This document shows, piece after piece, positions 9,860 through 19,833 of a stretch of 64,000 nucleotides of DNA. A model generated the notes under the pieces. The model was not told where the DNA came from. It made no database searches and saw nothing but the letters and a program-made list of their open reading frames with translations. How positions within the stretch are numbered: position 1 is the first letter of the stretch; each line of letters starts with the position of its first letter. The translations under genes were made by a program, and so were the position numbers. Origin of the DNA: an uncultured SAR86 cluster bacterium. GTDB taxonomy: Bacteria; Pseudomonadota; Gammaproteobacteria; Magnimaribacterales; D2472. Where the stretch lies: positions 18,963 to 82,962 of the forward strand of contig CABXXT010000004.1 of assembly GCA_902516285.1 (NCBI GenBank). Direction: 5' to 3'.

Positions 9860-10675
9860 TTACTTAAACGTATGTTCTTCTGATGGAAATTTAAGATTCT
9901 TTACCTCATCAACATATCTATGAATTGCATCTTGAATTGAGGATGACTCTTCCATAAAATTTTTTACAAATTTTGGTGGAGTGTCTAAACATGAAATACC
10001 AAGCAAATCATGAACAACCATAATTTGACCATCCGTATGTATCCCCGCACCTATTCCTATGACAGGTATTTTTAATGTGGATGTTATCTCTTGTGCTAAA
10101 TCACCTGGAACGCATTCTAACAACAACATTGAAGCGCCTGCTTTTTCAAGCGCAATAGCTTCATTAATAATTTTTTCTTTTTGTGATGGATCTCTGCCTT
10201 GAACATGATGACCACCAATCCTGTTAATAGTTTGGGGTGTAAGCCCCATATGTGCACACACAGGAATACCTCTATCTGACAAAGCTTGAGCCATATTTGA
10301 TATCCATTCTCCACCTTCAATTTTTACAGAATTTGCACCTGCTTGCATAAGCCTTTTAGCATTTTCGAGACCTAGATCGTCTGTTGAATAACTCATAAAT
10401 GGCATATCAGCCATAATATGAGAACCTGAATTTCCATTTACAACACACTCTAGATGGTAGATCAATTGATCCATTGTTACTGGGAGAGTGCTGTCATGTC
10501 CTTGCACGACCATACCCAAACTATCTCCAACTAATATGACATCAACACCATTTTCACTAATGACTGACGCCATTGTGGATTCATATGCAGTTAAGCATGT
10601 AAATTTTTCAGAATTTTTTTTAAGATTGCCTAACGTTGTCAGCGTTATAGGTTTTTTGTTTGTATGAATTGACAT
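9860..10675 (-). CDS. panB: 3-methyl-2-oxobutanoate hydroxymethyltransferase
   Basis: LVGDSLGM, ADMPFMSY, VKIEGG, HMGLTPQ, GIGAG..TDGQ. Confidence 0.97.
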   Translation of the reverse strand: MSIHTNKKPITLTTLGNLKKNSEKFTCLTAYESTMASVISENGVDVILVGDSLGMVVQGHDSTLPVTMDQLIYHLECVVNGNSGSHIMADMPFMSYSTDDLGLENAKRLMQAGANSVKIEGGEWISNMAQALSDRGIPVCAHMGLTPQTINRIGGHHVQGRDPSQKEKIINEAIALEKAGASMLLLECVPGDLAQEITSTLKIPVIGIGAGIHTDGQIMVVHDLLGISCLDTPPKFVKNFMEESSSIQDAIHRYVDEVKNLKFPSEEHTFK

Positions 10676-10680
10676 AATTA

Positions 10681-11874
10681 TTAGTTAATTTTTAAAGACA
10701 TAAAGTTTAAAATTTCTCGAGCTATTCTAATCTTTTTATCTCTCTTTAGAAAAATACTTTCATTTTTTGTAATTATATTCACCTCATTCTCATCAGCATC
10801 AAATCCAATAGCTTTATCAGATACATCATTTGAAACTATCATATCTAAATTCTTTGAAATTAATTTTTTCTTAGCATTATTTACGACATCAGATGTTTCA
10901 GCTGCAAATCCAACTACATATGCAGATTTATATTTCGAAGCTACGTTAGCAAGAATATCCTCATTTTTTTCAAGTTGTATGTCTATTTTTGATATATCCT
11001 CTTTTTTTATTTTTGTATCAGAAATGTCAGATGATTTAAAATCAGAAACAGCAGCGCATCCTATAAAAATATCAGATGTTTTCATACAATCCATAACACT
11101 TTCTTGCATTTCATTTGCAGAATTAACTTTAATAAGATTAATTTTACTATTTGCATTTAATGCAACAGGACCACTAATAAGATTTACGATTGCTCCAGCC
11201 TCGATTGCAGCTTCAGCTATAGAATAACCCATCTTTCCAGAACTGTTATTAGAGATAAATCTTACAGGATCTAACTGTTCTCTTGTTGGGCCTGCTGTTA
11301 CTGTAATAGTCTTATTTGCTAGAGGCCCAGAATTAAATGAAGATGAGATAAGATTGATAATTTTATCTGGCTCCTCCATCCTCCCAGGACCTATATCCCC
11401 ACAAGCTTGTTCTCCCTCTGCCGGGCCAATAAATGTTATGCCTCTTTTTAATAAAGTTTTGTAATTATTTTGAGTACTATCATCCAACCACATATTCATA
11501 TTCATCGCAGGTGCAATAAAAATATCTGCATTAGACGCTAGAAGAACTGCACCCATAAGACTATCTGCTCTTCCGTGTGTAATTTTTGCAATTGTTTCTG
11601 CGGTACAAGGAGCGATTAGAATAATATCTGCCCATTTTGCAAGCTCTATGTGTCCCATTGCTGATTCTGCTTTTGTATCTAGAAGTGAATCATGAATTTC
11701 ATTTCCTGATACAGCTTGTAGAGTAAGAGGTGTAATGAACTCCTTTGCTGATTCAGTCATAATAACTCTTACATCAGCTCCTTGTTTTTTAAAAAGTCTA
11801 ATAACTTCTGCAGACTTATAAGCAGCCACACCACCTGTGACACCTAAAAGAATATTTTTATTTCTAAAATACAT
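10681..11874 (-). CDS. coaBC: Bifunctional phosphopantothenoylcysteine decarboxylase/synthetase
   Basis: GVTGGVAAYK, HIELAKWAD, APAMN, ACGDIGPGRM, TAGPTRE.LDPVRFISN.SSGKMG, GFAAET. Confidence 0.97.
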   Translation of the reverse strand: MYFRNKNILLGVTGGVAAYKSAEVIRLFKKQGADVRVIMTESAKEFITPLTLQAVSGNEIHDSLLDTKAESAMGHIELAKWADIILIAPCTAETIAKITHGRADSLMGAVLLASNADIFIAPAMNMNMWLDDSTQNNYKTLLKRGITFIGPAEGEQACGDIGPGRMEEPDKIINLISSSFNSGPLANKTITVTAGPTREQLDPVRFISNNSSGKMGYSIAEAAIEAGAIVNLISGPVALNANSKINLIKVNSANEMQESVMDCMKTSDIFIGCAAVSDFKSSDISDTKIKKEDISKIDIQLEKNEDILANVASKYKSAYVVGFAAETSDVVNNAKKKLISKNLDMIVSNDVSDKAIGFDADENEVNIITKNESIFLKRDKKIRIAREILNFMSLKIN

Positions 11875-11880
11875 AATTAT

Positions 11881-12831
11881 TTAAAGAATAATACCAATTA
11901 CCCGGTCTATAAACCAATAGAATCCCAATCCTCCTATTGCATAACTGGCTGTATTCTTAGTCAAATATAGAAAATTATATTTATTAGATAAATATATTAA
12001 TAATATTGGAATAGGTATCAGCATGATTTGAGCTAATTCAATACCAATATTAAAAAATAGCAACGAAAAGAGCATTTTATCGTTTGCAATTCCTATATCA
12101 GTTAGTGCGCTTGCAAAACCCAGACCATGTAATAATCCAAAGATGAATGCCATTATCCAAGGAGATTTAAGAGTATTAGCATCATTATTTATCTCTAGAG
12201 CCAAATAAACAATTGTTAATGCGATTAGAGCTTCTACTGTGCCTTGTGGCAGATTGATAAAGCCAAATATTGTTAAACCTAGAGTAATGCTATGAGCAAG
12301 TGTAAAAGCAGTTATTGTCTTTATAATGTTTAAAAAACCAGATATACAAAAAAGTAATCCGAAAATAAATAAAATATGATCTAATCCATTAAATAAATGA
12401 GATATACCAAGGCCTAAATAGGAAAAAGGATAATAATTAGTCTCAATTGGAATTTCTAAAATGTTATTATTTACATTTACTAACCCTTCAAATGTTCCAT
12501 TTGAAAAATTTATTGTAATTAATGCATCAGTTAAAACACTTAAGTACACTATCTCTATTGATTGACCTTTTAAAGTAACTGAGCAATCTAAATCAATTTT
12601 TTCATTAATATACTTTCCTTGATAGAACAAATCATTTGATGAAGTCATGCATTCATCAGGAAAAATAATCTCAGCTCTTTTACCAATATTTTTAAAAGGG
12701 TACATCCAAGTTGCAGTATATGAATTACTTTTTTGTTCTAGCTGATCGATAATCAAATGCGCTGGATTGAATTCGTGAGAGTTAAGATTAAAAACAATAA
12801 AAAGCAATAAACTATATACAATTCTATTCAT
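11881..12831 (-). CDS. HupE/UreJ-family membrane protein with N-terminal periplasmic domain
   Basis: Signal peptide then HE; GISHLFNGLDHILF, TAFTLAHSITL, FGLLHGLGFA, FNIGIELAQ. Confidence 0.85.
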   Translation of the reverse strand: MNRIVYSLLLFIVFNLNSHEFNPAHLIIDQLEQKSNSYTATWMYPFKNIGKRAEIIFPDECMTSSNDLFYQGKYINEKIDLDCSVTLKGQSIEIVYLSVLTDALITINFSNGTFEGLVNVNNNILEIPIETNYYPFSYLGLGISHLFNGLDHILFIFGLLFCISGFLNIIKTITAFTLAHSITLGLTIFGFINLPQGTVEALIALTIVYLALEINNDANTLKSPWIMAFIFGLLHGLGFASALTDIGIANDKMLFSLLFFNIGIELAQIMLIPIPILLIYLSNKYNFLYLTKNTASYAIGGLGFYWFIDRVIGIIL

Positions 12832-13625
12832 TAAATTTTTAAATCTGGATTAATGAAGATTTTATATTCCGTTTTAATTTTATTTAAATATTCATTTAAG
12901 GCTTTACTCTTTTCATCTTGGAGTAAATCAATTTCAATGGTTTTATAGATTTCAGACACATCTGGATAATAGCCATCTTTATGGTCTGTGATTAAAATAA
13001 TATGATAACCAAACACAGATTTTATTGGTTTTAGCCAGCTATTCAATTGAGGAGCATTAAAACTTAATGCAAACTCTTCGCCAAAATCACGTTTAATGTC
13101 ATTGAAACTAACTTGAACAAAGTTTTTGCCCAAAAGAAATGGATCTGAATCTATAGAAACATTATTTTGAAGGTCTGCGTATGCCTTAAACGATCTTTCC
13201 TCTGGTTTATTTTCAGAAGAAAAAAAATAATGTGTAAAAGTGAATACTGAATCAATAAAGTATTTTTCTTTGTTGTCATTAAAATATTTAAGGACATCTT
13301 CTTTGGTAAATGCTTCTTTAATAGATTCTTGCTTTAAAAAAGATATTTTTTGAGCTAATCTTCTTTTTATTATCCTATCATCTTTTTCTAGACCAAGATT
13401 TAATGCTTCTCTATATAGAATTTCTTCTTCAACTAAATTATTAATAATTTTTGCAATTTCATTATCATTAGGTGTTCTTCCAACCTGAGACACCCATGCA
13501 GTAATTAGGCTTATTATTTCTTGATCACTAATGTAAATATCTTTATCTTGATGAGAATTAATACTTAAATCTAAATAATATAAAACAAGACCAATAATGA
13601 GAAATATTAAGACTCTTTTTTTCAA
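12831..13625 (-). CDS. PpiC/parvulin-like peptidylprolyl isomerase or chaperone
   Basis: N-terminal anchor, EEILYREALNLGL..DD.IIKRRL.QK, FG..FA, W..PIKS.FGYH; TTG start. Confidence 0.75.
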   Translation of the reverse strand: MKKRVLIFLIIGLVLYYLDLSINSHQDKDIYISDQEIISLITAWVSQVGRTPNDNEIAKIINNLVEEEILYREALNLGLEKDDRIIKRRLAQKISFLKQESIKEAFTKEDVLKYFNDNKEKYFIDSVFTFTHYFFSSENKPEERSFKAYADLQNNVSIDSDPFLLGKNFVQVSFNDIKRDFGEEFALSFNAPQLNSWLKPIKSVFGYHIILITDHKDGYYPDVSEIYKTIEIDLLQDEKSKALNEYLNKIKTEYKIFINPDLKI

Positions 13626-13639
13626 TTTAAGTGTTATCT

Positions 13640-15796
13640 TTAATTAAAATCTCTAAGTCTAATAGTACCACCAAGAGGAACCACTTCAACATCTGTGCTA
13701 GCTGGTATATACCATATTGGAGACGACCATGCTCTTTCTTGAATTGTTTCATGAAGATCCTCTCGTGGTTCAAAACCTCTTTTAATTGCATCCCAAGTAC
13801 TCCAACGACAGGTAGGATTTTCAAGAACTCTTACATAGTAAAAAGACTTATCATTGGGATTAAAATCTGGATCTTTCCAAAGTCTTTTTAATTCTGCAGA
13901 ACCAACACCTTGGGTGATGGAACAATCTGAGATGTTTACCCTTGCACCATTATCTGGACATCTATTCGTAACTGGGTCTACTTCAAGACCATCAGAACAG
14001 GCTACGTCAAATACTTTTTCATGAGGACGGCCACTGTTTGAATCCATCCATCCCTTGATAATTTGAACTCTTTGCAATGAAGCACCGTTTTTATCTCTTT
14101 GTGCCCACACTATAAATTCCGGAGTTTCACTTTCATTACTTAGAAGATCAGACCCCATCGTTACTCCTTTTTTATAAGCTTCACTAACCAGAGATGAAGA
14201 ATTCATGTCTATTGACGATAAGTTGTAACCAGCAAAAAAACGAACTGCAATCCTTGATCCTGTTGTAGCAAACGTTTCCTTACGTTTAAATGCATTAAAT
14301 ATTGAATCTCTTGTGTTTTCTTCTGCCCATGCTGCAGCTAAGCCAGATGCACCCCACTGAGTAAATCCAGTATTAGCATATTCACCTTGATTTAGTTTTA
14401 TAGTACTTGTTGGTTGATTAAAGGCAGCCATATACTCATTTAGCATTTCTAGATTTTCTTCTGCTAATGGTACTGAACCTCTATTTTCAGGTTCACCATC
14501 TAATAAACCAACTTTAGACCAATAATTTGATTCATCAAAAGCACCAGCTCCAGTGTGTGTATCAGATGAGCCTATTAATCCAAATTTATATGGATTACCT
14601 TGATTAGTAAATTCAAGCGTTAAACCATTTAAATATGCCTCTCTCACATAACCACCAGAGGGTTTACTATATGTAGGTGGTCTGCTCCCAACTCTTATAT
14701 CCATAATCTCAAAATCTGCCCACTCGTCATCAGGTGACAGCAAAGGATGAGTATCTGATGTTCCCTTAACTTGAGTTACTTCAACAACAGGCTCATTTCT
14801 CATTCTTTTTTCAGAATATTCTCTATCAATTGCATTTCCGTAAAATGTTTCCATCTCAAACATTTCACCATTTGATCCATTGCTGTTATGTGGCATGGAT
14901 ATAGTATCAATACCTTTATCCCTAAGTGAATCTTGCCATGTCCAGAGATCTTCAGGATTTAATGAGTCAATTCTAGTCCATGGTCTAATTGAGGCTTTAG
15001 AAGAATTAAAAATTACATTTCTATGTAAATTTCCTCCTTCAACATTAGTAGAAGTTGTAAATTCATAACCTATAAATGTTGTAAAATATCCTGGATCGTT
15101 ATGTTCATTTGCTGATCGTGCAATGTCTGCCCATGCAGATTTATGAACGTTATAATCAAAAGATTTTAATGCTAATTGAGTATTCTTTGTAAGCCATCCT
15201 TTTATGATTTTTGGGTGCCAGTCAGGATATGGTTGAATGATAGCTGCGCCTAGAATCGAACTAAATATATTAGATCTTTCACCAGCTGATAGCACTGTTA
15301 AGTTTTCTTCTCTATTAAGATTATGGAATGGCTTCGTAAACTCATTTTTTGAAATATCCGAAGAGGTATCAGCATAAGCCTGAATCATACCCATATAAAA
15401 ACCATGATCAGTAACAGAATAAAAATCTAATGGCTCTCTTAATTTCATTTCATAACCAAGTGGGTGATTAATTACTTCACCTTTTGCGTATTTATATGCG
15501 TCATCTGGTGATGCGGTAACTCCGAAAACATATGCATCAAATGAGTATTTTGTGTGAACATGCAAATCGCCATAATAAGGATTTCTATCTGGATTAGGAG
15601 GTGGTTTTTGACTAATGGATTCAGATTTTTCTACAGAAAAATCAACAATTTCTAATGCTGAATTTGATTGAAGTTTTTTAAATAAAGATAGAATTGGTCT
15701 ATCGTCATATACATCAAAATATATAAAACCCAGAAATGTAAAATAGACTATAACGACAGTTAATATTGATTTAACTATAATACTTTTAATATTCAT
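13640..15796 (-). CDS. DUF3604-domain protein (PHP-like metallohydrolase)
   Basis: YYGDLHVHTKYSFDA, PLDFYSVTDH, IGYEFT, NLHRNVIF, PHNSNGSNG, GSSDTH, FYYVRVLENPTCRWS, QERAWSSPIWY. Confidence 0.88.
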   Translation of the reverse strand: MNIKSIIVKSILTVVIVYFTFLGFIYFDVYDDRPILSLFKKLQSNSALEIVDFSVEKSESISQKPPPNPDRNPYYGDLHVHTKYSFDAYVFGVTASPDDAYKYAKGEVINHPLGYEMKLREPLDFYSVTDHGFYMGMIQAYADTSSDISKNEFTKPFHNLNREENLTVLSAGERSNIFSSILGAAIIQPYPDWHPKIIKGWLTKNTQLALKSFDYNVHKSAWADIARSANEHNDPGYFTTFIGYEFTTSTNVEGGNLHRNVIFNSSKASIRPWTRIDSLNPEDLWTWQDSLRDKGIDTISMPHNSNGSNGEMFEMETFYGNAIDREYSEKRMRNEPVVEVTQVKGTSDTHPLLSPDDEWADFEIMDIRVGSRPPTYSKPSGGYVREAYLNGLTLEFTNQGNPYKFGLIGSSDTHTGAGAFDESNYWSKVGLLDGEPENRGSVPLAEENLEMLNEYMAAFNQPTSTIKLNQGEYANTGFTQWGASGLAAAWAEENTRDSIFNAFKRKETFATTGSRIAVRFFAGYNLSSIDMNSSSLVSEAYKKGVTMGSDLLSNESETPEFIVWAQRDKNGASLQRVQIIKGWMDSNSGRPHEKVFDVACSDGLEVDPVTNRCPDNGARVNISDCSITQGVGSAELKRLWKDPDFNPNDKSFYYVRVLENPTCRWSTWDAIKRGFEPREDLHETIQERAWSSPIWYIPASTDVEVVPLGGTIRLRDFN

Positions 15797-15895
15797 TAAA
15801 ATCCCACTCCCACATCAAAATAATATCATAATCAGAAATAAAAATTATTAATGTTTTTAAATAATTTATGATACTTAATCATATAATTATGCAAT

Positions 15896-15972
15896 GCGCC
15901 TGTAGCTCAGCTGGATAGAGTACTTGGCTTCGAACCAAGGGGTCGGGAGTTCGAATCTTCCCGGGCGCACCA
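15896..15972 (+). tRNA. tRNA-Arg(TCG)
   Basis: GCGCCTG/CGGGCGC acceptor stem, CTTGG-CT TCG AA-CCAAG anticodon arm, encoded CCA; 73/77 identical to the tRNA at 7479. Confidence 0.95.
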
Positions 15973-15976
15973 TAAA

Positions 15977-16003
15977 TAAAAAGGGTCCATTTGACCCCTC
16001 TTA
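15977..16003. terminator. Probable bidirectional intrinsic terminator between tRNA-Arg and the convergent TBDR
   Basis: GGGTC-CATTT-GACCC hairpin with an A run on its left. Confidence 0.55.
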
Positions 16004-16016
16004 AAATTATATAAAA

Positions 16017-18455
16017 TTAAAACGAATAATTAATTGTTAAGCCGTATGTTTTAAAATTATTTGGATATCCAAAATATGTTGTGTATGAAAGATCAGCAAC
16101 TGCCTCAAATGCAGATTGTATAAATTCATCATCATTTATATTTTTTCCCCAAAATGTAATTGCTAAATTTTCTTTTTCAAAACCAGCTGTGACATTTAGT
16201 GTATTTTGTTTTCTATGACCATTTCCTTGTGTTTCAAGAAGAGCTTGTCCAACAGGGTCCTCTAACAATTTAGCCTTACTTGAATAAAGATGTGAGAATC
16301 TCAAAAATGCATCCCATTGATTAACATTATAGTTCCAAGTTAATGCTGATGAAATTGTGTCATCTGGTATATTTGATGGAACTGTACCACTTAGATCACC
16401 AGGATCTGCGTCAACATATGAGTCATATATTGGATCAATGAATAAACCACTCACTGACACATCAACTGATTCAATTGGAGAATATACCAAATCAAATTCA
16501 AAACCATCAGCTGATTGAGATCCCGCATTTGAGAGGAAAAATCCTGTTCCAACAAATGTATTAGTTTGAAAATCTTCAATTTCTTGATCAAAAACTGCAA
16601 TATTAAGATAACCAGAAGGTAGTGCTATTTTTGCTCCGAGCTCTAAGACTTCTGCTTTTTCTGGATCAGCATATCTGGTGCCTACTGCAGTGTTAGGTCC
16701 AACTGGAGTACCTGCTGCTGCTAAACCAGCAATTTCAGATGCAGTTGGATTAGAATCTCTTGAAATGTTCCATGCAGTTGCCTTAAAACCAGTAGAAACT
16801 CCACCATAAATAACTGTTGTGTCATTAATTTCATAAGAAAACTTTATATTATAGTCAGTATTATTATCTTTACTTTTTCCATCCATAACACTATTTGGAA
16901 AGTTTACAAATTGAGGAAGCAATTGCACTGCTTGAAATGGAAGCAAGGTGTTCACAGTTGGATCTCTTGCTAATATAGCTGCAGTTGCAGCAGGAACTCC
17001 TTGAGCAATCATACCGGCAGCAGAAATTCCAATGAAATCTAGTTGAGAGAAGAAATCTGTATTTACTTGATTGTATGAGACAGATTTTTCATCCTCCATA
17101 TAACTTAATCCAAAAAGAAGATTTAATTTATCGGAAACATCATAGTCCAACTGCATAAATACTGAAGTACTACTATTATCCTGCGTTGCACTTTCAGTAG
17201 TTCCAGCTCCGGCAGGAAATATAGTGCCTGTAGGAAGATTAAAAGCCGCTTCAAGAAGGGCAAAAGAGCCAGCAGGTAAAAATGCACCTATATAAGATCT
17301 AAATAATGGTCCATAGTATATAGACTCAGTATAATCCATATCCTCTTGGAAATAATATGCACCTATTAACCAATTAAGATTAGTATCATTATCGCTGTAT
17401 AATCTAAACTCTTGCGTCACTGCATCAAGATCCTGAGTAATAGGACTTGGATTAACAACCCCGCCACTATCAAAATCAACATCTTGGACATTTTCCATGT
17501 ATGAATTTCTTATGGATGAAATACTTTCAAAAATTATTCCATCTAGCGCATATTTTACATGGGCAGATATTCCAGTATTATCTCCTGATGTCGTTGGATC
17601 AAAATCAAAGAAAACTTTTTGTACAAAAGGATCATTAGGTATCACTCCTCCGACACCTAGTAAAATCTTTTGATTCCCGACACCATAATTTGCATTAGTC
17701 ACAGCACAACAAATTTCATCATATTTATCATAATCAGCAGTGATTCGAACTGATAGATTATCATAAGGATTAATCAAGATCTCACCTCTTGAAGTGAATC
17801 TATCTCGGTTATTTATATTACCTCCAGTAGTGACATTATCTGAATGACCATCTGATTTATTAGTACTGGCGTAGAAGCTGTATGCGGTTGTTTCATTAAT
17901 AGGACCAGTTGTATAAATTTTACCAATTTTGGAATTAAAGTTACCAACAGTCATTGATGCATAACCTGATTTTTCAAATGATGGTTTTTTTGTAACAATA
18001 TTAATTACTCCAGCTGTAGCATTTTTACCAAATAACGTACTTTGTGGGCCTCTTAAAACCTCAATTCTTTCGATAATTGGTAAATCAGATATTTGAGATT
18101 GCATTTTAGACCTATAAATGCCATCTATAAAAACTGCAACAGATGGTTCAATACCCTGATTGTAATCTCCATTACCAAAGCCTCTTATAAAGAAAGTTGT
18201 TTGAGTTGAAGTAGTTCTTTGCCTAGTATCTAAGGATGGTACAACTGCCTTTAAATCAAGGATGTCTATGATATTTGCTTTTTCAATGGTATCGCCAGTT
18301 ACAACTGATACAGCAACAGGAACCTCTTGAAGCGTTTTTTCTGTCTTTGTTGCCGTAACAATAACCTCTTCAATCAGGCTTTCATTTTGAGCAAATGAAA
18401 TTGATGAAAAAAATAAAAAAGAAAGAAAATAATTTGTATTAATTTTATTTAACAT
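16017..18455 (-). CDS. TonB-dependent receptor
   Basis: Signal peptide, EEVIVTATK TonB box, IERIEVLRGPQSTLFGKNA plug motif, C-terminal YGLTINYSF. Confidence 0.95.
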   Translation of the reverse strand: MLNKINTNYFLSFLFFSSISFAQNESLIEEVIVTATKTEKTLQEVPVAVSVVTGDTIEKANIIDILDLKAVVPSLDTRQRTTSTQTTFFIRGFGNGDYNQGIEPSVAVFIDGIYRSKMQSQISDLPIIERIEVLRGPQSTLFGKNATAGVINIVTKKPSFEKSGYASMTVGNFNSKIGKIYTTGPINETTAYSFYASTNKSDGHSDNVTTGGNINNRDRFTSRGEILINPYDNLSVRITADYDKYDEICCAVTNANYGVGNQKILLGVGGVIPNDPFVQKVFFDFDPTTSGDNTGISAHVKYALDGIIFESISSIRNSYMENVQDVDFDSGGVVNPSPITQDLDAVTQEFRLYSDNDTNLNWLIGAYYFQEDMDYTESIYYGPLFRSYIGAFLPAGSFALLEAAFNLPTGTIFPAGAGTTESATQDNSSTSVFMQLDYDVSDKLNLLFGLSYMEDEKSVSYNQVNTDFFSQLDFIGISAAGMIAQGVPAATAAILARDPTVNTLLPFQAVQLLPQFVNFPNSVMDGKSKDNNTDYNIKFSYEINDTTVIYGGVSTGFKATAWNISRDSNPTASEIAGLAAAGTPVGPNTAVGTRYADPEKAEVLELGAKIALPSGYLNIAVFDQEIEDFQTNTFVGTGFFLSNAGSQSADGFEFDLVYSPIESVDVSVSGLFIDPIYDSYVDADPGDLSGTVPSNIPDDTISSALTWNYNVNQWDAFLRFSHLYSSKAKLLEDPVGQALLETQGNGHRKQNTLNVTAGFEKENLAITFWGKNINDDEFIQSAFEAVADLSYTTYFGYPNNFKTYGLTINYSF

Positions 18456-18541
18456 TTTTCCCCCGAAAAATTTATAAGTGCTGTAATTCTAGATGTATTG
18501 TAGATTGAATCTCTATATAAAGTCTAATAGTAAAAGGTATA

Positions 18542-18922
18542 TCATTTCACTATCTCACCACCAGAATTTGCCCAATCAGCAAAACCACCAATATTAAACA
18601 CATTTTTAAATCCAAGATCTTGAAGTGCCTTAGCAGCTAATGCTGATCTATATCCACCAGCACAATAAACTAATATATTAGTATTATCATCAATAATAAT
18701 TGGGTTATTAGCGGAATTAGGTGCTAATTTAAATTCTATTAAACCCCTCGGAATATTAATTGCATTTTTTATATACCCATGTTGGATAAGTTCTGATTCT
18801 TCTCGAACATCAATAATCACGCATTTATCATGTTCAATTTTATTTAATGTTTCTACATAATCTAATGATCTTACTTCGTTGTTAGCTTCAATTAATAAAT
18901 CGTTTAATGTTTTATGTTGCAT
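18542..18922 (-). CDS. Single-domain rhodanese
   Basis: IIDVREESE, INIPRGLIEF, VYCAGGYRSA active loop, GGFADW. Confidence 0.9.
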   Translation of the reverse strand: MQHKTLNDLLIEANNEVRSLDYVETLNKIEHDKCVIIDVREESELIQHGYIKNAINIPRGLIEFKLAPNSANNPIIIDDNTNILVYCAGGYRSALAAKALQDLGFKNVFNIGGFADWANSGGEIVK

Positions 18923-19793
18923 TTACTTTTCCTTCATATCTTGTAATTTTTTTTGAAGTTGCTAGGAAAACCCCAATCAAAACAGTTGCGCACCCTACAA
19001 TGACATTCAAAGTAATAATTTCATCTAAAAATAGATAACCCCACAGAATTCCAAAAACTGGTAAGAAGTATGCAACAGTTGAAGTTTTTACAGCTCCAAT
19101 CTTTTCAATCAGTCGAACATATCCTAAAAATGCAAGTCCAGTAGAGATACCTCCTAACCAAAGAACAGCATAAAAGGAATTTTTTGATGGTATTGTTTCT
19201 GGAAGAGTCATTAAAGTAAAAGGTAATAAGATAATTCCACCTATAATTACTGACCATCCAATTAAAACTAATTTGTGAGTTTTAGCAGAGTTTTTTTGAA
19301 TAAATACAGTTGAAAATGCATAACAAGACGCGCCCATTAAACAAAAAATTGCTGATGATATTGAGGTCGTTGATGATTCTGGATTAACTAAAATAATTAC
19401 TCCAATAAAACCTAATATCAATCCAAATAGTTGTTTTAAAGACACTGTTTCATTTAACCAAAAGTATGCAATTATCATTGTATTAAAGGCGGTAGTAGCA
19501 TTTAAAATAGCAAGCATATTAGAGTCTGATCCAAAACTTGCTAGAGAAAACATGGTAAAAGGTATAGCATTATTTGTTACTGCTAATACAATTGTATGCT
19601 TCCATATTGGTTTCAAAAGAGCTATGTATTTAGGCTGAAGTAGAACTGGAAGAAATATTAAAGATGCAATAAATAATCTAGCTTGTACTAATGGTATTGC
19701 ACCAAATTCGGGAGTAGCAATTTTAATAAATATAAATGCACTACCCCATACTGCACCCAGACATATAAGTAATATCCAATATCTTAATTCCAT
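18912..19793 (-). CDS. DMT/EamA family transporter
   Basis: WGSAFIFIK, two EamA repeats, about 10 TM helices; start at ATG 19793 because the longer ORF runs through a terminator. Confidence 0.88.
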   Translation of the reverse strand: MELRYWILLICLGAVWGSAFIFIKIATPEFGAIPLVQARLFIASLIFLPVLLQPKYIALLKPIWKHTIVLAVTNNAIPFTMFSLASFGSDSNMLAILNATTAFNTMIIAYFWLNETVSLKQLFGLILGFIGVIILVNPESSTTSISSAIFCLMGASCYAFSTVFIQKNSAKTHKLVLIGWSVIIGGIILLPFTLMTLPETIPSKNSFYAVLWLGGISTGLAFLGYVRLIEKIGAVKTSTVAYFLPVFGILWGYLFLDEIITLNVIVGCATVLIGVFLATSKKITRYEGKVNAT

Positions 19794-19804
19794 AACTTTA
19801 GAAA

Positions 19805-19833
19805 TAAAAAACCCCCAATTTAATTGGGGGTTT
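19805..19833 (-). terminator. Intrinsic terminator
   Basis: Minus strand AAACCCCCAAT-TAA-ATTGGGGGTTT followed by further Ts. Confidence 0.8.

Noticed and set aside
7479-15972. Genomic island bounded by two tRNA-Arg direct repeats
   Set aside because: Both copies are full-length tRNAs with different anticodons, there is no integrase, and the interval contains the normally essential coaBC.
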